A stretch of 64,000 nt of DNA from the NCBI GenBank assembly GCA_963823665.1, contig CAWGMQ010000003.1, positions 1,408,001 through 1,472,000 on the forward strand, written 5' to 3'. Below, in pieces: positions 38,242 to 47,856 of this stretch (position 1 is its first letter; the number at the start of each line of letters is the position of its first letter). The notes under the pieces were generated by a model. It searched no databases, was not told the DNA's origin, and worked only from the letters and a program-made list of their open reading frames with translations. A program made the position numbers and the translations under genes. The stretch is from an uncultured Planctomycetota bacterium (GTDB lineage: Bacteria; Planctomycetota; Planctomycetia; Isosphaerales; Isosphaeraceae).

Positions 38242-40536
38242 TCACTCCACGGGCAAAGCGGCGAACAGGGCGGCCAGTGGTTCTTCGTAGTGCTTCCAGC
38301 GCGCCAGCGACTTGCGATAGAGCGGCTGGCGGACCTGCGTCACGCTGGCCGTGCGTACCGCCCGGGCTGTTTCATGGAACCGCGCGCAGGCCGGCTCCCA
38401 CTCGAGGCCGCACGCCGCGAGCAACCGCGGGGCCTCGGACTGGAAGTCGTCGACGAGCTTTTCGTAAGCCACTTCGTGCACGCGCACCGGCAACACGCTT
38501 TGCCAGTGCTGCCAGAGCCGCCGGTAATCGCGGCAGCGGCCGGCAAGCTGCTCCCGATCGTCGGCCCAGCGAATGCTGCGGAAGTTGGTCATCCAGCACG
38601 AGACCGCCACGTCGCGCAGGTCGCGGCGCACGTGGACGAACGTCGCCCGCGGAAACAGGAGCGCGAGCAGGCCCAGATAGAGGTAATTGTCCGGCATCTT
38701 GTCCACGACCCGGTCCGGCCGGGCGCGATCGCCTGGAGAGTTTGGTCCAGTCCCTGGCGGTGCCGCCCGGAGAGCTCGCGCACGGCCGCCGCGTCCAGAG
38801 CCTCCAGGCAGGGGAGCATCTCGTCGGGCCGGCCCAGCAATTCGGGGATGGACACGAACAGCCTGCCCGCGAGAGCCAGCTCGCCCGCGCCGTGAACCCG
38901 CGAATGACTGGCCAGCACCTGCTCGACCAGGGTCGTGCCGGAGCGCGGCATGCCGAAGACGAAGACCGGCAGGCGCGTGTCGTCGCCTGCCCTGGCCAGA
39001 CGGTCGAAGAGCTGCGGCGTGAAACCGGCGATGATCCGATCGACGAGCGCCGTGTGCACGGCGGGGTCATACTTTTTGCCGGCCCTGCGCCTCTGTTCCA
39101 GCGCGATGGCGTTGGCCTCTTCGAGGCAGCCGGCGGCCGCGGCATAGTCGCCGCGGGCGTCCAGCACCTGGGCCAGGCCAAAGAGCAACTGGCCGCGTGC
39201 CGGCGAACGGGGGGGCAGGGGTGGCGGGACGGTCTGGCGATCTGTGGTAGGGGCGCCGAGCTGCGCCCGGATCGCTTCCAGGTCGGTTTCGGGCAACTTG
39301 CCGCGCAAGAGCATGGCCAACCGAGACAGCGGCAAGGGCGCCCGGGGATGAAGCGTCTGGGCGTGGCGATAGCGAGCCTCGGCCGCTGCCATTTCGCCGA
39401 GCTCTTCGTGGAGGCCGCCCTGGTTCAGGTGCGCGGCCACGTAACGCTCGTCCAGCTCGAGGGCCCGGCGATAAGAGGCGGCGGCCTCGGCGAACCGCCC
39501 CTCCTGCTGCAGTGCAAGGCCCAGGTGGTTGTGCGCCATGGCGAGCGTGGGATTGAGTTCGACCACGCGCTGCCAGCAAGCCAGGGCGGCCGCGTGGTCT
39601 TCGCCAGCGTCATGGGCGTTGGCCAGGTATTGCCGGATCGCGCCATCGTGCGGGGCCAGCTCGACCGCGTGGCGAAAGCAGGCAAAGGCGGCGGCGTGGT
39701 CGCCCTCGAGGAACAGGGCCAGACCGCGGTTGGCATCGATCTGGGCCACCTCAGAGGGAGGCCGCGATGCCTGGCTAGCCAGCCGCAGGGCCACTTCGTA
39801 GGCAGCCCGCGCCTCGCTGAAGCGCTCCAGGGCACGGTAGGCGTTGCCGAGATTGTTGTGGGCGGCCGGCAGGTCGCCCTGGAGCGTGACGGCTTCCGCG
39901 CAATGCGTGAGGCCTTCCTCGGCTTCGCCCTCTTCGACCAGCAGTTGGCCCAGGTTGCTGCGTGCCACCGCCAGCTTGGGATCGAGATCGACCGCCAGGC
40001 GGTAAGCCTCGAGGGCTTCGCCCAAAGAGCCCAGCTCGCGGAGGGACGTACCGAGGTTGTTCCTGGCCAGGGCGAAATCGGGCCGCATCTCCAGGGCGGC
40101 GCGGAACTCGGCCACGGCTTCGGCAAACCGCCCTGCGCGCGTGCAGCGCGAGGCCCTTGTTGTTGGCTGCCTCGGGGTAGTCCGGTCGAAGCCGCAGGGC
40201 GGTCCGGCAGCAGTCGATGGCCTCCTGGTGCTGGCCCAGGGCGCGGTGAACCTCGGCCAGGTTGGCGTGGTAAGCGGCGGTCTCGGGCTCGAGAACCACG
40301 GCGCGGGCGATCAGCTCGACCGCCCTGGCAGAATATCCGTTCTGGTGGTGCAGGACGCCGAAGAGATGCAGGGCACCGGCGTGGTCGGGCTGCCTGGTAA
40401 GCACGGTGTGATAGCAACGGGCCGCGTCGGCGAAACGACCCGCCTGGTGCAACTGCCAGGCGGTGGCAAGCTCGGAATCGGCTGGCTGTGTGACAAGGTG
40501 CAGGGGAAATCTCCCATTTGCAGGGGACTGGGTCAT
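38242..40536 (-). CDS. TPR-containing sulfotransferase; frameshifts near 40130 and 38710
   Basis: Multiple TPRs (HQAGR, AYHANL, ARNNLG, AHNNLG); PVFVFGMPRSGTTLVEQVLASH (PAPS loop), DKMPDNY, RDLRDVAVSC, YEKLV, VRTASVTQVRQPLY. Confidence 0.88.
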
Positions 40537-40745
40537 GTGGCCCGGGTCGAGCCGGCAACATCCGGCGAGCCCCCAGAGCGACGGCGCTAGACCTGGTGCC
40601 GTCGCCCTCCGGGCGCCGGCCGCAGCCAATCGAGGCGGTGACAAACTTGTGAACGGTGCCCCGAACGGGAAGCAATTCCGGCGACTTCTTGCCCGGCCGA
40701 TTTTTTGTTCCGAAGAAATACTAGCTGCGTCCCGGTTTCGGTTTC

Positions 40746-41167
40746 CGCTCTAGCGCTACGCCGCTGCCGACTTGAATCGCCCGCGCGATGGTGGGCGTAG
40801 GCCACACGCCGATCGCTTCCTCGCTGGCGGCCTCAAACAAGGCGTCAACCAATGCGCCTCTCGTCGGGAGAATCGTCGTGGCGGCCGGCGGTGGCACGGC
40901 CAGCGCGGCTATTACTTTAGCCACGTCCGCGGCCGAGGGCAAGCGGCGCGCGCCGGTCGCCAGGGTTTCGGCCATGAGGTCGGTGGGGGACGTGGTCGGA
41001 TCGAGATCGGAGAGCCCCAGCGTGTGGCCCAGCTCGTGCATCACGACCGTCAGCAAATCTTCATGCCCGGCGGCGACCATGGAGGGACCGGCCAGGAAGT
41101 CCCCCGGTGCCACGGGGTCTCCGGACGAGGTGCCGATCGACCAGCCGTAGCCGGCGGCATTCGCGGA
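40746..41167 (-). repeat. ~420-bp near-identical copy of the surface-protein 3' end (34335..34755), without a start
   Basis: Encodes the same GHEDLLTVVMHELGHTLGLSDLDP...QVGSGVA with few substitutions. Confidence 0.9.
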
Positions 41168-41493
41168 ATCCCTTTGGGTACGGGCCAGCCCGGTTTCTTA
41201 CTACAGAACAGGTGAAGCCTCGGGTCCCTGCGAGCGGTCCTTCGCAAGTTTTGCCGGAGCGGTGAACAGATATAATAGCCATATCGTATAGATAGACGTA
41301 CTGAACGAGGTAAGCGTGATGCCAGCCAGAGGAGCGCAGTCATGCTAACCGTGACCCACCTTTGCTACTTCGCGACAGTCGCCACAATCGGCATCCTGCT
41401 CATCGTGATCGGACAGGCGAAAGCCAATGCAGGCGTGAAGTGAATCTGGCCACCGCCGGCCGCGGCCTCTTGCACAAGGGGCTTGCGGCGGGT

Positions 41494-41709
41494 CTAGTTT
41501 CTGCCTGGCGAGTCCTCGAGCAGCGACTCCATTCTCGACAAGATGCTCTCAAAAGCCCACTCCTCGGCCCGTTCATCCATCTGCCCGACGATCTTTCCCC
41601 GGATCTCGCGCAAGCGGACTCGCTCTCGGTATAACGAGTCGGCCACTTCGAGGACTTCGGGGTCGGCGAGCTGCTTTGCCGTGATCTTCTCGTACAATAA
41701 GTCGTTCAA
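41494..41709 (-). CDS. Small hypothetical protein
   Basis: 71 aa, AGGAG RBS before TTG, helical and acidic composition. Confidence 0.45.
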   Translation of the reverse strand: MNDLLYEKITAKQLADPEVLEVADSLYRERVRLREIRGKIVGQMDERAEEWAFESILSRMESLLEDSPGRN

Positions 41710-41909
41710 ACTCCTGTCGCAAGGTTGAGCGGTCGAGCTGTGAGCCGCGCAACAAATGCTTATGCAAAACGCGCGGCTGAAATCGTCCGAACCAATTGAG
41801 TCATTTGGACGTTCACCGATTGACGGTCCGACATTGGCCCGTCATTGTGAATACGTTTTCGTGAGAGAGCCACAAGGTCGGCGGCGGCGGTCTCAACTGA
41901 AGGTAGGGT

Positions 41910-42347
41910 GTGCTGATTTTGGGCGATCGGAGGTTTATCGAGGCTGCTTTCGAGTCCGAAGCAGAACTCGAACAGGTTGTCATCGCTAATTCCGAATACC
42001 TTTTCGGCCCGGCCTCCCTCTATTTTCCGAAAGCGCTTATCCGCACCAAAGATGGATTTGGGACCATCCCCGATGGGTTCGTGATCGACCTGGCCGCACG
42101 GCGATGGTTCGTGGTTGAAGCAGAGTTGGGCAAGCACAGCGTCTGGAGCCACATCGCACCCCAAGTCGCCAAACAGCTCATCGCTGCCATGAACCCTGCC
42201 TCGCGACAGCTTCTCATCGATTTAATCGTCGACAAGGTCCGAGAAGACCCGACCGCGATGGAGAAGTTCACCGATGAAGGGGATGTCAGACACCCCCTTC
42301 TGAAGAGGCCGTGGTCTTGCTCGGTCAATCGTCACTTACCGTCTTGA
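41910..42347 (+). pseudogene. N-terminal part of a PD-(D/E)xK-like nuclease, truncated at a palindrome
   Basis: ESEAELE..V, TIPDGFVIDL...WFVVEAEL..H...HI.PQ; protein-like sequence ends at the 42276..42300 hairpin. Confidence 0.55.
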
Positions 42348-42985
42348 TAGGATCGAGGCGGAGTTCTCGCAGCTCCGAGGGCGCCAGCGATCCGTCAGAC
42401 TGCCGTTCCAGAGGATGGAAGAGTTTGATTCGGGCCGCCGTGATCTTGATGGGCGAGCGCAATCCGGATGCGCTCAATTCCATCTTGGCGTCCGTCGCGA
42501 TAAGGCGATCCACGACGCAGTCGTAGTCGACCTCGTGAGCGCGAATCGTCCACTGGTCACGTTGGCCAGGGGGTTTCGTCTGATCTTCACGCACGACGAC
42601 GTTGCCTTTGAAGCGAATCGTCATCGGCCAGTCGCTATCTACTTGCAGCGTTTGAGCGTCGCGGTCGCTCGCCGGCCGTCCGACATATCCCGTGCTCACA
42701 CCGCCCCGCGTCGGTGACTGGAATCCGCTGGAATCCCCATACCGGAGAGCTTCCCGATTCAGTGCCTGGGCGTCGTCGTCTGATTATTAGCGATGTCCCG
42801 GGAATCCATCCGGGTCTTGAATTGCCGCGCGAGCTCGGATGAAATAACAACCTGGGGCCGACTCGGTCTGGAGATGGGATCCGGCGCTGTGGCCAGCCGG
42901 CGTCAGTGAAATCTTGAGCCAATCATGCTTCTTGTGGACCGACCGGCTCGACCGCGACACCCGTGATACAGGAATTCTCCCGGTG

Positions 42986-44608
42986 ATGAGATGTTCAATC
43001 GGCATGCCGTGCGCCGGGGCCCTGTTCATCCTGTTGTCGCTCCTGGCCCTCGGGCGAGGCTTGGCCGCCGAACCCGATTCCCGGTTCACGGCATTCTTCG
43101 AGGCCGCCGATCGCGCCGCCCGTCAGACGGCCATCGCGGCCATCCTCGCAGCGGCTCCCGACCCGATGGACGTCGAACGGGCGCTCCAGCAAGGACGGAG
43201 CTATCCGGCCGACACCAAGAAGGGATGGCAGGTGTTCACGCACAGGGGCTCAGATGGCGAGGCTCGGCCGTACCACGTCTACGTGCCCAAGGGTTATGAC
43301 CCAGGCCGGAAGCATCCGGCGATCGTGTCGTTGCACGGGGGCGTCGGCCGCGCCAATCTCCTCCCGGAAAACATGGTAAACCAGATCCGCGCCGAACTTG
43401 AGAAGGATGCGGACAAGTATGGCTGGATCATCATCCTTCCGCTGGGCCAGCGCGGCGCGAGCTGGTTCGATCGGGTGGGTATGACCAACATCCTGGCTCA
43501 ACTCGCGGCCGCCAAGCGGCATTACAACATCGACGAGGACCGGGTTATCCTCGGCGGCTTCTCCGACGGCGCCAGCGGTGCCCTTGTCATGGGCCTTTAT
43601 GATCCCACGCCGTGGGCAGGCTTCTTCGCACTGTCCGGCAGCATTGTCGTCGCCGGCATGGCGCCCGACGACGCTTTCCCTGCTAACCTCGCGAACCGGC
43701 CGGTCCACGCGGCGAACGGGGGAGTCGATCCGCTCTACCCTTCGGTCCTTCAGAAGATGTTCATTGACCAGCTCAAAGAGCAGGGTGTCCGGATCACCTG
43801 GACCGACTACCCAGCGTCGGGGCACGATGGCAGCTACATGGACCAGGAAGACCCGAAGGTCGTGAAGTTCGTGTTCAAGACAGTGCGCGCCCGAGCCCCC
43901 AGACACCTGGTCTGGGAAACTTCCAGCGCAAAGGTCGGCCGCTGCGACTGGGTGCGAGTCGAAGAGGTTCGGGACGTCGGCAACAACCGGGGGCCCGAGC
44001 CCTCCAACCTGATCTTGACCGGACCAGCTCAGTTTGCCATTGCCCCCGACATGGCCTTCGCTGGCCCGGGGGTGCGTGTCCGACAAGTCCCGCCGGGGAC
44101 GCTGTCGCAGACCTCCGGTCTCGAGCCGGGCGATGTCGTGACCCGTCTCCACGGCGTCGAGATCAAAACGGTGGTTGATTTCCAGAAGGTTGGCATCACC
44201 CAGATCTTCGCCATGAAGAAAGGCGACACGATCGACGGCGAGTACCGTCGCGGCGACGCGATCCGATCGTTTCGCGTCGAAGTTCCGGAACTGCCCCGTG
44301 TGCCGATCTTCAAGCGGAGCGGGCTTGCCGGCCGGCTCGAGGTCAACGCCAAGGGCAACCGCATTGAGGTGACGGCCCGCGGGGTTGCCCGCTACACCCT
44401 GTTGATTCGCCGTGAGCTGTTCGACCTCGACCAGCCCATCCAGGTCGTCACGAACGGCGCCGTTAGCTTTCACGCTCGGGTGAAACCCGACGTGGGCTTC
44501 CTGCTCGAACAGGCCGCGGAGGATGACGACCGCTCGGCAATCTCCTGCGCCCGGATCGAGGTCAAAGTGCCCGCCGGGGCGGCTCCGGCTTCCGGGCATC
44601 GGCAGTAG
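42986..44608 (+). CDS. Secreted alpha/beta hydrolase with PDZ domain
   Basis: YHVYVP.GYDP, SLHGG, IDEDRV.LGGFSDGA (nucleophile), D.LYP, SGH, PDZ GLEPGDVVTRL. Confidence 0.8.
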   Translation: MRCSIGMPCAGALFILLSLLALGRGLAAEPDSRFTAFFEAADRAARQTAIAAILAAAPDPMDVERALQQGRSYPADTKKGWQVFTHRGSDGEARPYHVYVPKGYDPGRKHPAIVSLHGGVGRANLLPENMVNQIRAELEKDADKYGWIIILPLGQRGASWFDRVGMTNILAQLAAAKRHYNIDEDRVILGGFSDGASGALVMGLYDPTPWAGFFALSGSIVVAGMAPDDAFPANLANRPVHAANGGVDPLYPSVLQKMFIDQLKEQGVRITWTDYPASGHDGSYMDQEDPKVVKFVFKTVRARAPRHLVWETSSAKVGRCDWVRVEEVRDVGNNRGPEPSNLILTGPAQFAIAPDMAFAGPGVRVRQVPPGTLSQTSGLEPGDVVTRLHGVEIKTVVDFQKVGITQIFAMKKGDTIDGEYRRGDAIRSFRVEVPELPRVPIFKRSGLAGRLEVNAKGNRIEVTARGVARYTLLIRRELFDLDQPIQVVTNGAVSFHARVKPDVGFLLEQAAEDDDRSAISCARIEVKVPAGAAPASGHRQ

Positions 44609-44641
44609 TGGATAAGCGCACCTCCGCGCGAGATTCAATCA

Positions 44642-45130
44642 ATGGAATACAAAGGCTACACGGGCATTCCCTTCATCGACGAAGAATCGGAGTCTCTCTA
44701 TGGGCACGTGATCGGACTTCGCGACGTCATCACTTTCCACGGCGACAACTTCGCCGAGTTGACGCAGTCATTTCGCGATTCAGTCGACGACTACCTGGAC
44801 TTTTGCAAGTCGCTCGGCCGGTCCCCGGAAAAGCCGTTCTCTGGTCGGTTTCTACTGCGGATTCCCCCGGAGCTCCATCGCGCGCTGTCAATCGCTGCCG
44901 AGTCAAAGGGAATGAATCTGAACTCGCTGATTCTGGAGAAACTTCAATCGTTCCGAAATGAATTCGGGTACTCCAAATTATCGGAGAGATCCGAGCAATT
45001 GGAAGCGGATCAACCCCGGCGCCGGAAGCGAAGGATTTTGCCCGTCGGATCGCTGGATCGATCGTCCGAGCTCGCTGGGAAGTCAAAGGCTCGTAAGAAG
45101 AGCACAAAGGACCGCGCCGGCGAGCGATGA
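44642..45130 (+). CDS. hicB: HicB-family antitoxin (orphan)
   Basis: MEYKGY, GHVIGLRDVITF, F..SVDDYL.FC, P.KPFSGRF.LRI.PELHR, LNSLI. Confidence 0.88.
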   Translation: MEYKGYTGIPFIDEESESLYGHVIGLRDVITFHGDNFAELTQSFRDSVDDYLDFCKSLGRSPEKPFSGRFLLRIPPELHRALSIAAESKGMNLNSLILEKLQSFRNEFGYSKLSERSEQLEADQPRRRKRRILPVGSLDRSSELAGKSKARKKSTKDRAGER

Positions 45131-45363
45131 CACAACCGAGACACCATCGGTAAGCCCGAATTCAATGCAGGTTCTCAGCGAGGCGCGAGAGGAGGTGATT
45201 CCTCGGCACGATCAAAGCCAGACTGCGCGTCGCCTCTCTTCGAGGGCGGGATTTCCACCCGGAAAGGGCGTCGCTCGCGCCTCTTGCATATTTATGACGG
45301 TCGTCATAAAATCGGGTGATTCACTACAAAGGTCATAACGAGAAGGCTCGGAGGCGAGGGGTT

Positions 45364-45771
45364 ATGGGAGCGCGGCGGCGGACTCCGCGGCTGAGTGCGG
45401 GGGAGATGGAGATCATGGCGATGCTCTGGGAGCATGGGGAGCTGACGCTCTCGTCGGCCCATCAGGCTCTGGGTCGACCGATCGGATATACGACCGTGCA
45501 GACGCGGCTGAACCGCCTGGTCGAGAAGAGAGTCGTCACCCGGTCGACCGGGCGCCCTGCACAATATGCCGCGGCGGTGAGCGCGCTCGACGTCGGTACC
45601 CGGCACCTGGATCTGCTCCTGGAGCGGATCAGGGGGTTCAAGATCGTTCCACTGGTAGCCCACCTGGTTCGGGATCGCCGGCTAACCGCCGAGGAAATTC
45701 GCGAGCTGAAGCGATTGATCGGTCAAGCGGAGGCGTCGAACCAGGGCCGGGGCAGGGAGAGGAAAACGTGA
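45364..45771 (+). CDS. BlaI/MecI/CopY-family transcriptional repressor
   Basis: LSAGEMEIMAMLW, GYTTVQTRLNRLVEK, PLVAHLV...LT.EEI.EL..LI. Confidence 0.88.
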   Translation: MGARRRTPRLSAGEMEIMAMLWEHGELTLSSAHQALGRPIGYTTVQTRLNRLVEKRVVTRSTGRPAQYAAAVSALDVGTRHLDLLLERIRGFKIVPLVAHLVRDRRLTAEEIRELKRLIGQAEASNQGRGRERKT

Positions 45772-47191
45772 ACGTATATACAGATGATATGCTTTAGAGC
45801 ATGCTGCGCACGACCGGGGTGCTTGCAGTCTCCGTCCTGGTTGCTCGAGCGTTGCTCGGCCGGCGGCGCCCGGTGGCGCCCTCGCTGTGGCGCATCGCCT
45901 GCGTTCTGTCGCTCCTTCAGGGCGTACTGATCGTGCGGTTCTCCGTGCCGCTGCCGTGGGCCGGGCACGTGATGTCGTCCGCCGTGCCCGCGCCAACGTC
46001 GTTCACGAACGCCGAACGCGTGGTCCCGCCCGATCCGGCGCCTCCAACCGCTTCGTTGTCCGAGCGCGGCAACGGGACGGGACGAGCATCGAACGCGGCT
46101 TCGCCGGCGAGGGGTGCAGGGCAAGAGCCATGAGTCGATCGAGCTGGAGTGACCTGGCGCGAGTTCGTCGTGGCCGGATGGCTCGCCGGCATCGTGGGGC
46201 TGGTGGCCACACTGCTCATCGGGTACGTTCGATTCGCATTGGGTCTGCGGACGAGACCGCCCGACGAGGGGGCGTGGTCCGACGAGTGGTCAGCATTGCT
46301 TTTGGAGCGAGGCATCCGCCAGCCGATTCCGCTCCGGGTCACTGACCTACAGGGACCGATGCTTTGCCGGCTACCCGCCGGATATCGATTGATTGTGCCG
46401 GCGCGGCTATGGAGAAGTCTCAACGCCGCTGAGCGCCGGGCGATCCTTTTGCATGAGCTGGCACACTACACACGGGGCGATCTGTGGAAGTCGCTGGCGA
46501 TCCGCGCTCTTGCGCTGCCGCACTGGTTCAACCCGTTCGCCTGGTGGGCGGTACGTACCTTCGACGAGTGCGGTGAATGGGCCTGCGACGACGACGCCAC
46601 GGGTGTCGAGCCGAGCGCGGCCACCACTTATGCCCGAGCGTTGTTCCAGCTCGCGGAGACGGGCGACCGACGGCGATCGTTCGGATTCTCAGCGCGTGGC
46701 TCGTCGCTGGCGGCGCGGGTGCGGCGGCTGATGCAACCGAGACGCGCTTCCGAACCGATCCGTACTCGATTGATTGTCATGGGTCTATTGATCGCTCTGG
46801 CGACGGCTCAAGTGCTCCGCCCCGAGTTGGCGGCCGCGCCATTGGCTCGCCCGACCTCAGCGACTCGATCCATCTCTGGGAAATTGCCACGGGCAAAGAC
46901 CTTCGGCAGTTCCCGGGCGAGCCGGCCGAAAAGCGGGGAGATATCCGCATCGTCAACGCGCTGTCGTTCACTGCGGACGGACGTATTTTGATTTCCGGCG
47001 AGGAGAACGGCTCGATCGTGATCTATGATGCTTCGAACGCGGCGGTGCGGGCGACTCTGCGCGGGCACAAGAATAGTGTGCGTGCCGTATGTGTCTCGAC
47101 GAACGGCAAACGGCTGGTGTCGGCGAGCACGGATCTGACGGCGCTCGTTTGGGACCTGGCGGGGGTGATCGAGGGGCGCTGGGGCAATTGA
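45768..47191 (+). pseudogene. BlaR1-like M56 peptidase with WD40 tail; in-frame stop, frameshift and internal deletion
   Basis: TAG at 45795; frameshift near 46120; ILLHELAH, HWFNP, EWACDD; then jumps to WD40 repeats (IHLWEIATGK, LRGH..SVRAV, TALVWDL). Confidence 0.75.
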
Positions 47192-47557
47192 TGCCTCAAC
47201 GATGTTTCGTGGGCTTGCTTTCAAATCGAGCAAGAGATCGACACGCTTCCGCCGGTGCCGACCGGCTATTTGCCGGTGACTCAACGAGGCTGGGGCATCG
47301 AGGCGATTCAACTTCCCACGCTACAGCGGAAAATCGTTCGGCCGGCAGCGCCGGAGAACAGCCATGACTGGGCCTTGGCCCATGCCGAGAGTGGCCCCGA
47401 TTCCACGGGGCGAATCGCCTACGTCGAAGACCATTTCTTTGTCGAGCACGAAACGGACTGGCGGCACCTTTTACGGACGATCCGGCGCCGGTGAGCTCAT
47501 CGCGCACGGGCACTCGTGCGGTTCAACCGCGAGCGCGCCGCAGAGCGGCACGGCGCA

Positions 47558-47583
47558 CGTTCCGACGCGGGAGCGTCGGAACG
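47558..47583. repeat. REP-like hairpin CGTTCCGACGC-GGGA-GCGTCGGAACG
   Basis: Perfect 11-bp stem; further copies at 49592..49617 and 49689..49714. Confidence 0.8.
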
Positions 47584-47856
47584 AGGGGGAGCCGCGGCTT
47601 GGGCATCACGCGAGGATCGCTGCCGGGCCTGGATCGCTGCGGACGGGATCGACCCTGTGGATTGTGAGGATTCATCGGGCTGCGGCTTTCACAGAAACTT
47701 AGAAGGCTTTAGCAAACGCGGAGTTTTGGACGACGTTCTTAATAAGGCGACGCAGGCAAGCTTGATAAGGGCTGACGAGGCTGAGCTTTCCTGGGCTGTT
47801 CGGTGTTGAAAAGAGCTGTTTTCTCAGCGAAATGAAGTGAACGGGAGAGAATCATC

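Noticed and set aside
41245..41300. Sigma-70 promoter (TATAAT at 41271) in an AT-rich patch
   Set aside because: The best -35 (TTGCCG) is only 14 bp away and no credible downstream gene is present
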